From: Octopus vulgaris
Taxonomy: Eukaryota
Assembly (NCBI GenBank): GCA_951406725.2
Contig: OX597821.1
Coordinates: forward strand, 100,378,001-100,442,000
DNA: 64,000 bases
Direction: 5' to 3'
This document shows positions 1-14,246 of the stretch, piece by piece. The position numbers and the translations under genes are program-made. The notes under the pieces were generated by a model, which saw only the letters and a list, made by a program, of their open reading frames with translations, ran no database searches and had not been told where the DNA came from. The number at the start of each line of letters is the position of its first letter. Positions within the stretch are counted from its first letter, which is position 1.

Positions 1-373
1 GTGTGTGTGTGTCTGTCTGTGTGTGTGTGTGTGTGCGCGCGCTCGGATGTGCGCACCCGTATATGCTTTTTGCACAATTAAAATTTTCAAATAGTAAATT
101 AGATTTAAAAGAATCAGGACTTGAATAATAAGTTTTACGATTCTCTTAATCTTGTGTTTCATAAATGTTAATGAATAATTAACACCCATTCTCCCCCATT
201 AACATACGGAAGCATATACACACATTAATCAACACTTACAACAATACACTTTCAAAACGCCTACATCAATACACAAACAGTAAATACACACACAGTATAC
301 ATACATATACACACACACGCACACACCCACACACACACACACACATATATATATTAATATTTATATATATACG

Positions 374-451
<78 letters not shown>

Positions 452-598
452 GTGTTAACTTATAGAAAAACAAAAGACGAAGGCAGGTGTATGAAAAACA
501 AGTAGGTTTATTAGTTTGATGCTCATAAATGTATGTACGCATGTATGTAATGCATGTATGTATATACATATAAAGGATATATGTTTGTATATATATAT

Positions 599-1800
599 AC
601 TAACTGAAGGTGACCCGCTCTACGCGCGGGTAAGAGTGTGGGTGTTACTTTCTGTTGCTTCCTTTCAGCACGTAAAAAGCACCATCCGAACGTGGCCGAT
701 TGCAGCACCGCCTTGACTTGCTTCTGTGCCGGTGGCACGTAAAAAGCACCAACCGATCGTTGCCACTGCGAGCCCCCCTGGCACCAGTGCCGGCGGCACG
801 AAAAAAGCACTCACTACACTCACAGAGTGGTTGGCGTTAGGAAGGTCATCCACCTGTAGAAACACTGCCAGATCAGACTGGAGCCTGGTGCAGCCTCCTG
901 GCTTCCGAGACCCCGGTCACACTGCCCAACCCGTGCTAGCACGGAAAACGGACGTTAAACGATGACGATGATGATGATTCTCCGTATTTGTTTCTCTCTC
1001 CTTTCTCTCTCACTTTCCCACTCTCTTACTTTTCTTTTCTCTCGGACTCTCCCTCGCTTTCTCTTACTCTCTATCTTTATCTATCTCTCTCCCATTTATA
1101 AACAACAGAAGATCTTGAGTAAGTTGAGAAATAAAATATTTAGAAAGATCAATCAGAAATATGAGGCAGTGGCAATGGAAAGGTCTGCTTCAAGGCAGAC
1201 AGCAAAACGTTAACATTTAAAAGGGACAGACGAACTTGCGAGCTGAATAAAAATAATAAAATATTGGAAACCAAAGTTTGAAGGGATAGAATCTGCGGAT
1301 AGTAGAGTCACCATGGCTGGCATTTGTTAACGACGGACAGCAACGTAGTGACAGTTTAACGGCTGGCGTAAAATTTTAAACTTGATGTAAAAGAAAATTC
1401 GTAAACACCAAGTTTTGAAGTGATTCTTTCTCACGACAGTAGACTCACCATGGCAAGCATTCAAAACTTCTTTATCATGGACGGCAACACATTGACGATT
1501 AAAAGGCTGGCGCAAATTTTTTAGCTTGATGTAACAGAGAATTCCTAAACACCCGCTCCTTGAAATTTTAATCCCCTTCCAGCCCCATTTAGACCCCTTT
1601 TCACATTTTGGTTAATATAACCCGATTTCATTCGGGTCTACTGGGGCCACATTTTATAAGATGAGGAATTTTGTCCTAGAGGTGACGCCTTTCATTTGAG
1701 GAACAAAATAGTTGTCATGCAAACTTGTCAGCACCTTTAACATAGGTGTGCATATTTTCAGCTGAATCGACCGACTACGTAATGCACACATTATATATAT
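599..1800 (-). mobile_element. Probable non-autonomous Helitron-like element, interrupted by a SINE
   Basis: On the minus strand the 3' end reads ACCCGC-gcgtaga-GCGGGT hairpin ...TTAG|T (CTAG-like) at ~599-632. Internal ~140-bp diverged tandem duplication (~1295-1410 / ~1435-1550). Helitron-like subterminal 'gtcgattcagctgaaaat' near 1755-1772. That both ends belong to one element is inferred. Confidence 0.45.
668..978 (+). mobile_element. SINE/LINE 3' fragment with V-domain-like segment and RTE-type (GAT)n tail
   Basis: Three ~60-bp units starting GCACG(T/A)AAAAAGCAC; GGTTGGCGTTAGGAAGGTCATCC resembles the V-SINE domain; ends GGAAAACGGACGTTAAACGATGACGATGATGATGAT. Confidence 0.65.
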
Positions 1801-1976
1801 ATGTGTATATATATATATGTGTGTGTGTGTGTGCACGCATTATATATACAAATGTATACAAATGAGATATATATCTGTATAAATTAAATTGGAGATAAAA
1901 CCACTAATAGGCAAATCAAACAGTGAAAAACCAAAAACAAAAACATAAAAAAAGAAAATATAACATAGAAAATATA

Positions 1977-2981
1977 TCTATATATATAAAACTGTAGTTG
2001 TGTGAGTGTCTGTCCCCTTCGATTTAGATTCCTAACTACTCCCACATTTTGCGGTGCAGTTTAACCAAATTTGGGTATCTTATAGTCGTGATTCATATCG
2101 AGCCCGTCTGGGTATTAGCGCGCGTCTACGATGAGTCTACGATTTTAAAAATAATTTCACATCATTTTTTATTCCCATTTTAATGCATATTTTTTCGTGT
2201 GTCGATGGCGGCGGAGTTGGCGTCCACGCTCACGCCTGCACCTGTTTGCTTCTCCCCCTTCTTCCCTCCCTCGTGAAGCTGTGGGGAAGGGAGTGTAAGG
2301 AAATCAACGTCGTAATGCGTTGTGAAGGAGACCAGCGTTCTTTTAGAACAACGACTTCATGGCTTGAAGTCGCCCTAAAAAAGCTGAAACAGATCCACAA
2401 AAACGGCAAAAACCGCCACACAGGGCAGGTTTCCTGTGCAAACAATTTGCACAACCGAATGTTTTAGTTGCTGCACAAATCTTTATATATAAAAGTAAGG
2501 TTGTGTGCTGTCTGTCTCCTACGATTTAGATTCCTAACTACTCCCACATTTTGCGGTGCAGTGTAACCAAAACCGGGTATCTTATAGTCGTGATTCATAT
2601 CGAGCCCTTCTGGGTATTAGCGCGCGTCTACGATGAGTCTACGATTTAAAAAAAATTTATCATCATTTTTTATTCCATTTTAATGCATTTTTCGCTATTA
2701 TATAAGGGAAGTAACTCTCTAAAAATGTCTACGATGAATCAACGATTAAAAAAAAATTACCATCATTTTTTATTCCATTTTAATGCATTTTTCGCTATTA
2801 TATAAGGGAAGTAACTCTCTAAAAATGTCTACGATGAGTCAACGATTAAAAAAAAATTACTATAATTTTTTATTCCATTTTTAATGCATTTTTTGCTTTT
2901 TTTTTTTTGCTATAACTCACTAAAAATGCTTATATAGTTATTTCCCTTACAAACCCGAGCAACGCCGGGCGATACTGCTAG
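1977..2981 (+). mobile_element. Non-autonomous Helitron with duplicated 5' end
   Basis: A|TCTATATATATAAAA at 1977; 3' hairpin CCCGAGC-AAC-GCCGGG then CTAG|T at 2978-2982; inserted between A and T with no TSD. A second 5' end (A|TCTTTATATATAAAA) at 2480 repeats the first ~200 bp. Confidence 0.85.
2626..2930 (+). repeat. ~100-bp tandem repeat x3 inside the Helitron
   Basis: Unit GTCTACGATGAGTC(A/T)ACGATT(A)n...CATTTTTTATTCCATTTTAATGCATTTTT...AACTCTCTAAAAAT recurs at ~2626, ~2727 and ~2828. Confidence 0.85.
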
Positions 2982-3299
2982 TAAAATATAAAATTGAAAA
3001 CTTTAAATTATTTAAATTGAAAATAAAAATTATTAAATTCTATTTATAATTTGTTTAAAAATATATATAACTATGAAAAAGTATGAAAAAGTTTAATATA
3101 CATAAATACAGATATATACACTTTGTATATATACATTATATATACATATTTATATATAGAACACACACACACACATACATTATATATACATATTTATATA
3201 TAGAACACACACACACACATATAAATGAACGCAAGAATATCTGATTCATAATATTTGTTCTCATGCCCGTGTGTTGTTTGTTGGTGACAGACATATACT

Positions 3300-3627
3300 T
3301 AAAAGAACGCCGCCGAAGTGATAGGAAGGTAGGAAACAGAGTCAGTGAAAAAGAAAGGAAATAGCGATAGTGACAGATACTTTAAATAACGGTAGTGGAC
3401 TTCTGAAAGTTATGAAGAGGAGTAAGAGAGGGAAAGGAGGAAATAGGGTGAGGTAGGAAGATGGCCCCTAGCAACCACACCTTTTAAGATAGGGATTTCT
3501 AAGGTAGCCCACGAGCATCGTCACCTCATTCTACATGTCCCTGTAAATTTTGGAGCGAATCGGACGGGATGTAGTGGCATTGAAAGCGATCCAAGCGGTA
3601 AAAACGCATTTCAGTTTTATATATAGA
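3300..3627 (-). mobile_element. Helitron-like 5' fragment
   Basis: Minus strand begins TCTATATATAAAACTGAAATG... and contains CCGATTCGCTCCAAAATTT, similar to the other Helitron heads; no 3' CTAG end found. Confidence 0.45.
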
Positions 3628-3659
3628 ATATATATATATATATACATCCAGATATATCT

Positions 3660-3810
3660 TTTCCCCATCTGTTTTCTTGAGAAGAGCCTAAGCTCGAAAC
3701 GTCAAAGACTCCTCCACTTTTCGTAAGCGTCAAACTAATGCAACTTGTTTCCTTTCCCTCACTTGTCTCCACCTGTTGTCATTTTGTTTTTTTTTACAAT
3801 TGTAAACCAT
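3660..3810 (+). mobile_element. Short Penelope-like terminal element, family H1 (degenerate hammerhead-like motif)
   Basis: cttgagaAGAGC-ctaa-GCTC-GAAACGTC-aaaga followed by a tail similar to the copies at 20580, 21278, 22598 and 33060. Confidence 0.55.
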
Positions 3811-4169
3811 ACGTATACACATATATATGGATATGTGTATATGTACGAGTATGTATGTGTATTCAACTAATCACAAAAGAACTAGATTTACATAGTCACA
3901 GCTGTAAGTTTACAGCTGTTTCTATTAGACGCGATGCACTCAGAAACGTGTGTTAGTTGAATATCGAACAACTTCTGATGAAGCCACAAGACATTGCACT
4001 GCAGCTGGAACCTAATGAAGACAGGTACAGAATACTTGTTCTTTTGCAATCCATATGTTGATATTACGTTCTGTATTCGAACAACACCTTATTCGAAAGC
4101 ATATATGTATATATATTGAGATCACACAACTGATTAGTAGTATCACCATACGTAAGCGAAATCATTTTA

Positions 4170-4180
4170 TATCTATCGAA

Positions 4181-4278
<98 letters not shown>

Positions 4279-4314
4279 TTACCTATCTATCTATCTATCT
4301 ATCTATCTATTTAC

Positions 4315-4412
<98 letters not shown>

Positions 4413-4450
4413 CTCTATCTATCTATCTATCTATCTATCTATTTATCTAT
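4170..4450 (+). repeat. (ATCT)n microsatellite
   Basis: About 70 near-perfect units; source of the IYLS ORF. Confidence 0.95.
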
Positions 4451-4819
4451 ATATCAAAATAAGCAACAAGGACATCCAGAGGTAATGCACTAAGATCGTT
4501 TCATGCAACTCTATTTAATTAAACAATGCAATCATTATATCAATTTAAAATGCAGAGCAAATCTCGACTGCCCAAGAATATAAAATTTAATTAAATTAGA
4601 GCAGATGGATACATTAGTATAATTATACCTACAATCTCCAAGATGTTAAGGAGATAGACAAAGAACATGTTGTCTCTACTTCAACATAGAAGTTACTAAA
4701 TTCACAAAGAAACTGAATCTAAAACAATTTTAATGATAATAACAATAATAAAGCTGAGGTGAAAACCAAATATAAAGTGCATATGCTTAACTGGCAATAT
4801 ATCACCATCCGCAAGTATA

Positions 4820-4849
<30 letters not shown>

Positions 4850-4850
<1 letters not shown>

Positions 4851-5005
4851 CAGGACGTCACCAACTGTAAACAACATGAAGTACGAAAACAAACGAGTTA
4901 AATACGCAAACAACGACAGAAAATATGGAAAACAGAACAAGTAACACAAAGAACGGTCTTTCATCAGTTCTCAGCTATCTACTCCTCATTTCGAGCCTTC
5001 AACGA
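4850..5005 (-). mobile_element. Short element, family H2 (GCTCGAAATGAG...ACTGATGAA), beside a (TA)n tract
   Basis: Homologous to both arms of the 61005-61665 inverted pair and, more weakly, to ~30565-30860. Confidence 0.55.
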
Positions 5006-5370
5006 CACACACACACATATATATTTATTTTACCTTTAACTTGTTCCTCAGGTATATATATATATATATGTGTGTGTGTGTGCATGTGTTTGTACCTGTG
5101 TAAGTATGTACATACGTATATACATAAAAATTTGCATGAATGAGTGAATGAATTAGTGTACGCAATCCGTTTGTATATGCATTTAGTGAAGAAGTGAATT
5201 GTCTTTGAATGGAATAGTTATTCAGCCCCATATTTATCATAAACTCCCTCTCTCCCTCTCAGTATCTCTTCCACTGTCTCACCTATTTCCTCATTATTAT
5301 CTCAACACATACGCACTCACACATACACAAACACACACACGCATGTACTTACACACAAATGTATATACAG

Positions 5371-5412
<42 letters not shown>

Positions 5413-5667
5413 ATACATATGTCTATATGTGTGGGTTTGTATATATGTATATATATATATGTATTTATATATGTAACGACTTCCTCTTTAAGAGCACGTG
5501 TGTTTGAAGAGGTTAAACGAAAGCGTTCACACACTAGAAAAAATTCTTCCCAAAAAAGGTTAGTAACATCCTCATAAAAGATTTCATATAATTTTTGTTT
5601 TAAATAATTTTTTCCAAAAATCACATTTACATTTAAAATACTGTATTAAGTAATTCTCATAAACTTT

Positions 5668-5733
<66 letters not shown>

Positions 5734-5754
5734 TATATAGGTATATATATATTG

Positions 5755-5809
<55 letters not shown>

Positions 5810-5822
5810 CACAAATTTTTAA

Positions 5823-5860
<38 letters not shown>

Positions 5861-6199
5861 CGTACAGTCAGTAATTACTCAGGGCAGGCATTTGGTGACC
5901 TTTATGTATTAAAACGCACAAAAATAATCGAAAAACTGGCGTGTACTACAGCATTACTATGCGTAGCTTAAATACTGAGATTGAAAGGCAGGAGCGAATT
6001 CTGCCTACCTAATCTACAAAAAAGGTTAAATATTTTTCATTTTATGCACAGTAATCAGAGAAATCGTCATAATTTTATTGAATTAGGAGCATGTTTTGCC
6101 ATAAAAGGAAAATGTTGGTATCGATCTACTTTGTTTAGTGTAGGCACTGCCTACCGTGCCTAACTAGGCGGCACGTCTCTGATATGTATGCATTTCTGT

Positions 6200-6625
6200 G
6201 ACTCTCTTTGTTCCCACTACCATCGCTTGACAACCGATGTTGGTGTGTTTACCTCCCCGTAACTTACCGGTTCGGCAAAAGTGACCGATAGAACAAGTAC
6301 TAGGCTTACAAAGGATAAGTTCTGGGCTCGATTTATTCGACTAAAGGCAGTGCTCCAGCATGGCCCCAATCAAATGACTGACATAGGCAAAAGAAATGCA
6401 TAGATAAAAATCTATATCTAAATGGGTATATATATATATCTTTTATCTTTTACTTGTTTCAGTCAGACAGTGGCCATGCTAGAGCACCGCCTTGAAGAAA
6501 ATTTACTCGAATGAATGCACGCTTGTTCTTGTTTTAAGCCTGGTACCTATCCTATCGACCTCATTGCCCAAGCGCTAATTTACGGGGATGTCAAGCTGTG
6601 GTGGGGGACAAACTCAGATACAAAG
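6200..6625. mobile_element. Two partial family-A SINE 3' halves arranged tail-to-tail
   Basis: The + copy (~6200-6395) has CATCGCTTGACAACCGATG...CCAGCATGGCC; the - copy (~6440-6625) starts TTTTACTTGTTTCAGTC. Confidence 0.75.
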
Positions 6626-6703
6626 ACACACACGCACATGCGCGCACACATACACACACACTGACACACACACAAATATACACACACACACACACGTATA
6701 TAA

Positions 6704-7190
6704 TTGTTAAACAGGACGTCAAACATTAAGGCAAGGCAAATATCTTAAGTCGTATACAATATTATTACAGGTGTAATCCTGCGTATATCCATACGTGTAA
6801 GTCTTTAGTTGCAACCCTACGTATATCAATGTGGGCTGGAGTCCTTATATAGCACCTAAAGACTTACACTCATGTGCCTACACAGGATTGCACCTAAGTA
6901 CTCATGCTTTGGTTTCTTCGGAAAGTTGCACTATGAACTTTTATGCCTCTTTTTTCTTCTCTCTTTCCATCTCCTTATTCACTTACTCCCTTCCTCTATG
7001 TTATCATCTTATTGATATATATCATTCTCATTTTCCATATATTTTTGCCACAATTTGTCTCTCATGGTGGAATATCCCATACTCTAGAATATCCCAGAAA
7101 CAGCTGTAAGATTTTGAATTTTTTCCTATAATAATAGTGTATATGACTTGAGATGTTTGCGTTGCCTTAATGCTTGATGTCCTGTTTAAC
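6704..7190. mobile_element. Fold-back/MITE-like element with ~65-bp imperfect terminal inverted repeats
   Basis: TGTTAAACAGGACGTCAAACATTAAGGCAA...TATTACAGG (~6705-6771) pairs with CCTATAATAA...TTGCCTTAATGCTTGATGTCCTGTTTAACA (~7125-7191). Inner hairpin GTGTAAGTCTTTAG / CTAAAGACTTACAC. Confidence 0.6.
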
Positions 7191-7332
7191 AGGACGTCAA
7201 TATATCCCCTGCATCTGAAATTCATAACTACCGTCTCGGCTATAAACTTGGAGACCTAGTAATCATTTACAGCACTTAACTAGCGTACCTAATCGCTTAG
7301 ATCACCTGTGAACTAACCCCCTACTTTGTATG

Positions 7333-7665
<333 letters not shown>

Positions 7666-7680
7666 AAAAAAATATATATA

Positions 7681-8067
7681 GGCGCAGGAGTGGCTGTGTG
7701 GTAAGTAGCTTGCTTACCAACCACATGGTTTCGGGTTCAGTCCCACTGCGTGGCACCTTGGGCAAGTGTCTTTTACTATAGCCTCGGGCCGACCAATGTC
7801 TTGTGAGTGGAAAGAAGCCCGTCGTATGTATATGTATATATATGTTTGTTTGTGTGTGTGTGTGTTTGTGTGTCTGTGATTGTCCCCCCAACATCGTTTG
7901 ACAACCGACGCTGGTGTGTCTACGTCCCCGTAACTTAGCGGTTCGGCAAAAGAGACCGATAGATTAAGTACTAGGCTTACTAAGAATAAGTCCTTGAGTC
8001 GATTTGCTCGACTAAAGGCGGTGCTCCAGCATGGCCGCAGTCAAATGACTGAAACAAGTAAAAGAGT
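7681..8067 (+). mobile_element. tRNA-derived SINE family A (CORE-like segment, internal microsatellite)
   Basis: GGCGCAGGAGTGGCTGTGTGGTAAG...GGTTCAGTCCC...CCTTGGGCAAGTGTC...GACTGAAACAAGTAAAAGAG; more than 10 copies in the window. Confidence 0.9.
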
Positions 8068-8068
8068 A

Positions 8069-8142
<74 letters not shown>

Positions 8143-8207
8143 TTATATTTATATTTATATATATGTGTGTATGTGTTTCTACGCTTGTGAATATCTAAAA
8201 GAGTAAA

Positions 8208-8252
<45 letters not shown>

Positions 8253-8934
8253 AAGGGCTTCTTTCAGTATCCATGCACCAAATCCACTCACAAGGCCTTG
8301 GTCGGTCCAAGGTGTCACCTAATGTGACTGAAACCTGAACCATTTCGTTGAAAAGTAAGCTTCTTACCACACAACCACGCTCAAGCCATCTACATAAGTG
8401 CGATTTTCTCCCCGAGGATCTCAAGTGGCCTTTGCTAGTAACGGTTACCTATCTGCCTGTGTACGATAACGTCGTACGAAAAAAATCAGTTCCTCTATTT
8501 TTCATTTCATGTTTATTGCGCAATGAGTTAAGCGACGAACTATACCGTTTATGGCTTAAATGATATTTTACTTGCAGATATTGATGAATGGTGTGGTTCT
8601 ATATTCTACGGAGATTTGGTTCCCATACATTCGTTAGTGACGTTTATTGAAAAAAGTTACGTTAGATAATTGTGTTCCTTTCTTGTTTTTGCTCATTCGT
8701 TTAGAAGGAACCATAAAATTCATTCATAGTTTGTTTAAATTAATCTGGGTGTGTGAAATTGTGAGCAAAACTAAAACCAGCGATAAAAGGATATTACACA
8801 TGCACAAACTCACACACACATACACACACAGACACACACACATCACACATACTCACACATACATACATGTATATATTTAAGTATATAAAAAAATTATTTA
8901 TATCTATATTCACCACGAGCGGATTAATCTTTCG

Positions 8935-9090
<156 letters not shown>

Positions 9091-9180
9091 GTCGTTCAGA
9101 CATACACATACATGCATATAATCAATATTTGTTATAAGAGAATATATACATACATATATATATACACGCACACACATGTA

Positions 9181-9406
9181 CAGTAATCCCTCGCCATATC
9201 GCGGTTCACCTATCGCAGTTTATTATTTAAGCTTACCTCAATTCTCCCATGGTGTTGTTTTGCATTTATGATGAAATAAATATATACAAATTATAATAAT
9301 AATGTTTTAAAAGTACTATATGTTACTGTTTCTACTTCGCGGATTTAAACCTATTTGGGGTGGGTGGAGGTGGAACATATCACCCGCGATAGTCGAGAGG
9401 ATGCTG
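9181..9406. mobile_element. Tigger/pogo-type MITE
   Basis: TA|CAGTAATCCCTCG ... CGAGAGGATGCTG|TA termini with TA target duplication. Confidence 0.75.
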
Positions 9407-9973
9407 TATATATATATATATATATACATATATATAGAGAGAAAATAATTTTGGAATATTGCACCTGTGTAAAAACGAAACGTAACTTAATAGGTTTTCG
9501 TACTTTGATTCGCGTTTTGGTTTATTTTATGTTCTTTCCTGTTTTTATCTAACCTGCCGCCATCATAAACACTCACACATTTCCTTAAGTATTCGGCTTC
9601 ACCCTTTATTATATTAGATGAAGGTAGACTGCTTAGATATTTGCTCCCAGGATCTCCTTAAATCATCGCATTGTTGTTGCAATGGGAAAGTAGGATGAAA
9701 CGAAGGAATTGATAAAAAACAAAGAAATTAAACATGCCTGAATTGAATGCATGATTGTCTATATATGGATGTGTAGGTGTGTGGGTGTGCGTGCGTGTTT
9801 GCGTGTTTGAGTGCACGAACCTGTGTTTCTATATGTGCCATAGTTTACTTTTTGTATGCAGACGTGTTCCTTCACATATGCATTTAAATCAATATCTGGT
9901 CGTATCTTGATGCTCATACACATACTAATCATGCATATATATACATGTATATAATATATGTGTGTGTGTATAC

Positions 9974-10006
<33 letters not shown>

Positions 10007-10178
10007 GTATATACACACACATATATGCACTAACACGCATAGATATACATATATGTGTATATGTATGTATAAACTTGTAAATGGATGAGTCGCGTTCAAT
10101 AAAATAGTAGATGATATACAATATTATATATATATACATTCATACATACACAAACACACACACACACATACACACCCA

Positions 10179-10236
<58 letters not shown>

Positions 10237-10867
10237 CATTCTATAAACAAAACATTCAAAAGAAATATTTTCATGAATTGAAGAGCGACTGCTACCATCC
10301 ACTGTGGGTCGTTAGCTGACCATTCAACATACTACGGTCATGACACTCCCACATTCGTCTCCTTCTTCTTCTTCTTCTTCTTCTTCTTCTTCTTCTTCTT
10401 CTTCTTCTTCTTTTTCTTCTTCTTCTTCTTCTTCTTCTCCTTCTCTTTCCCTTCTCTTTTTTTCCTCTTCTTCCCTACCAAGAATTCACAACGACCTCGA
10501 ACAGACAAGAGTAAACAAGAGAGACAGAGACAGACAGAAACAAGGAAAATGCCACTTGTATTTGAACACTATGCAAATATTCTTTTAAAAACTTTTCTTT
10601 TAATTTTTCTAAATTTAATTGTTTAATTGTTGCAGTTGAAAAAGTCTCAATGACTGAAACCGGTACTGAAATTTTTTTTATAAAATTATTTTAGCATTTT
10701 CTATCTTGACTTTTTGGGGCTGGCCAGATCGGAGCATTCTCGAGTATAACCAGCTGAAATTGCGAAGATAATCTGGAATTCGACTGGGGATAGAAAACTC
10801 CGAATGATCCGTCCTTGTTTTCTTTGTATCGTCTGTCTGGATGTTTTCCGTTCTTGTCCCATTTTTG

Positions 10868-10987
<120 letters not shown>

Positions 10988-10991
10988 GTGC

Positions 10992-11322
10992 GTGAAGGTA
11001 CATGGCTCAGTGGTTAGAGCGTTGGGCTCACACAATCATGAGATAGTGATTTCGATTCCCGGACCGGTGTTGGGTTTTTGAGCAAGACACTTTATTTAAC
11101 GTTTCTTCATTTCACTCGCCTGTAGAAATGAGTTGCGACGTCAATGATGCCGAGCTGTACCAGCCTTCGCCTTTGCTTTGGATAAAATCGGTGGCGTAGA
11201 GAGGGAAGACCGGTATGCATGGGTGACAGCCGGTCTTCCATAAACGTCCCTGCCCGAACCTGTACTTCGGAAGGGAACTTTTTAAGTGTGATTCCATGGT
11301 CATTCGTGACCGAAGGGTGTTT
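10992..11322 (+). mobile_element. tRNA-derived SINE family D (CORE-like domain + LINE-like tail)
   Basis: TGGCTCAGTGGTTAGAGC A box, TTCGATTCC B box, TTGAGCAAGACACTT CORE-like segment; homologous to 29352-29688 (-). Confidence 0.8.
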
Positions 11323-11897
11323 TATATATATATAACTATTATATAAAATCCGTTCTGCCTGTCTGTGTGTGTCTTCTAGGATCTCGGACATCCTCCATCC
11401 GATTGCGCTCAAATTTGATATGTAGATACCGACTATTGTCGTCGCCGCTGTTTAGCCCATGGTCGAACCTGATTAAATATACCTGAGAGCATTTGCATCC
11501 TATAAATCACTCATTGTTTTTTATACATCATAGATTTAACACTACGTCATAGAATGTAGATTTGCATATCATAATTTCAAGAGGGTAAATCAGGAATTTC
11601 CAATGCACCAAAAGCGATACATTGGATGGTAAGAAGCAGTATAGGACCGACACCAGTCCATGGCTGTACTCCTATTATTTGATACTTGCGTGAAGCTAAG
11701 GTCGCACTCTGCGCTAGTCCATTGCAGCTTTTGTTAACTAGTATACTGTTGAAATTCCTACGTTAAGAATTGTGCTTTTTCGACAAATAGAGTCGTGATT
11801 TTTCGTTTGTATTTTGCAGAATGGTTTCTTTTTCCTTCTCATTTTCGTTTGAAAATTAAGATTGTTTTGTTGATTACTCATTACAAAGCAAGTGAAA

Positions 11898-14246
11898 ATG
11901 AGTAAATCGAATGCAGAAGGTAATAAGTATGAATTTGAGAAACAGCGAGTGAAAATCAGCTCTTTTTAATAACAGATCCTTTAGGGAAACCATTGTGAGT
12001 TGTTTGTGAAAATAATTTCTCACAATAAAAACACGAGCTTAATAGATATTTTGAAAAATAAATTACTATAATACAAAGGAAACTAAAGTAACACTTTTAA
12101 TCTTAATTATAGAAGGAATACATGATTAACAAAAAGAAATTGAAAGAAGACAAAATATAGCTGGTGAAGGAACTTGTGAGAATTTAGCGATGAAAGAAAC
12201 GTTCTTAAAATATCTTTAGAGTGACCTAGAATTAGAACCTTTCTCCTGATAGAAAAGATATGTATTTCTTTATTGCCCACAAGGGGCTAAACATAGAGGG
12301 GACAGACAAGGACAGTCAAAGGGATTAAGTCGATTACATCGACCCCAGGACGTAACTGGTATTTATTTAATCGAGCCCGAAAGGACGAAAGGCAAAGTTG
12401 ACCTCGGCGTAATTTGAACTCAGAACGTAACGGCAGACGAGATACCTATTTCTTCACTATCCACAAGGGGCTAAACACAGAGGGGACAAACAAGGACAGA
12501 CAAATGGATTAAGTTGATTACATCGACCCCAGTGAGTAACTGGTACTTAATTTATCGACCCCGAAAGGATGAAAGGCAAAGTCGACCTCGGTGAAATTTG
12601 AACTCAGAACATAACGGCAGACGAAATACGCCTACACATTTCGCCCGGCGTGCTAACGTTTCTGCCAGCTCGCCGCCCTCTGATGGAAAAGCCACGTCTT
12701 AAAATGATTGTCACATCTTTTAGTGATAAAATATCGAAAGAAAAAGAAACGAACTTGAATCGTCAAAATGAAACAATTATGACATATACGGAACATACTC
12801 ATGCTTGTAATATTTCCTTTAGGTAAGATGGCGAGCTGGCTGGATCGTTAGTACTCCGAACAAAATGCTTAGAGGCATTTCGTCCGTCTTTAAATTAAGT
12901 ACAAGGTGAGCACTAGGAGTGATGTAAACGATTTATCTCGCCTTCGAAATTGCTGGCCTTGTACCGAAATGTGAAACCAATATTTCCTTTAGTTTTTAAC
13001 GATTCAACCAACTTATGTGATATAGATCGATTGAATATGTTTATAAGAAAAATGAATAAAATTTTTAGTTCCGTTTAAGTTGTTGGTCTTGAGTTACTTC
13101 ACAGAAAAATATATCATTCATATTTGACAAAATAAAATCGTGGCTGGAAAATCTATTGGTAAAGTTCAGTTCAGTAATCTATATTCTGTATTAAAAGATC
13201 TCTGTCGATGAACTGTAACGCCGCTGACATTACAGATTTGTTGACAAATATTGAGATTGCTCTTTACTAAAATGCATCAATAGTTATGGTGACGAAAACC
13301 TTCCAGAACGTAAAGTGTTACGTTAACGGTTGTGTAATGCGTGAATTTAATTTAGAAGGAAAGGATTCAAAGAACAAGGAACAATTAAAGTATTACGGAA
13401 AGTCAGATTTGTAAAATGGCTATCTCGTCGTTTCCTGTGAATGTTTTCTGGGTTTCTAGAGGAAATGTTTTGAACAGATTTTCGAACGTGAACAATACTA
13501 TTCGTAATTTTCCAGAAGAGAGAAATGAGCTGTCGGAGAAAACAGTCCTTTTATGTGATAATAACCGGCTATTTGATTTAAAATCTTTAGTTGATGTAAC
13601 CAGCCATATCAGCGATCTAATTTCGAAACTGCAGATTAAGAACAAATTGCTTCCTAGCTTAGTAAATTCTATAAATGCATTCAAGATGAAATTAAACCCA
13701 TTTATCACTCAGCTAGAAAATGAAGATTAGAATCAGTTTTTGCACTTAAAGGAGCAAATTGAATACGTTGAAGTTAATGGCAATTTTACAAAATAAGAAG
13801 AAAAGAAAAATTGCAGGTTATTCCAAAAGGGATTTCAAAAAGATTACCCATTATCATGTATATACTACTTTCACTTTGTGAACAAAACATCATGAAATTG
13901 CCTTCTAACATATCATTGAAATGTATTGACTTGAAATCAAATTCATTACTGGAACCGAAATTTGATGATTACCCTTCAGTTTGAAAATGCTGTTGATATG
14001 ATTAATTTAGGAGTTAATTATTCCATGAACATGCTTCAGAAATAAGAAGATCTGTCCAGAGTTGCATCATCGTTCTTCTCGAAACAACCTACACGTGTGA
14101 ACAAACATTTTCAGCCATGAAATATAGTGAAGCGGAACAATGTTACGACGTTTGACATCGAAATTGTAGCATCCTCTCCGGCTCTCAGTAAACTAATTTA
14201 GCTCTAACATTAAACGTTTGGCAAAATCAGAACAGACACAAATGTA
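11898..14246 (+). pseudogene. Decayed hAT (Charlie/SPIN/GTF2IRD2-like) transposase, interrupted by SINEs
   Basis: Collinear motif remnants: MSKSNAEGNKYEF / DPLGKPL (BED-like N-terminus); DSTNLCDIDRLNMFIR (~13000, DESTD-like); WVSRGNVLNRF...LVDVTSHISDLISKLQ...INAFKMKL (ORF 13416-13730); ETTYTCEQTFSAMKY (~14081-14125, dimerisation domain). Many stops and frameshifts; no TIRs found. Confidence 0.8.
12262..12677 (-). mobile_element. SINE family B (Meta-domain-like), partial dimer, inserted in the hAT fossil
   Basis: GGCGGCGAGCTGGCAGAAACGTTAGCACG head; GTCGACTTTGCCTTTCATCCTTTCGGGGTCGATAAATTAAGTACC core; TSD-like CTGAT(A/G)GAAAAG on both flanks. Confidence 0.85.

Noticed and set aside
2626-2930. 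CRISPR-like repeat spacing
   Set aside because: Whole units repeat with no unique spacers, the context is eukaryotic, no cas genes are present, and the repeat lies inside a Helitron.
8573-8670. TTGCAG|ATATTGATGAATGG resembling an EGF-Ca (DIDEC) exon start
   Set aside because: It reads DIDEW, lacks the cysteine pattern, stops soon after, and has no convincing donor.
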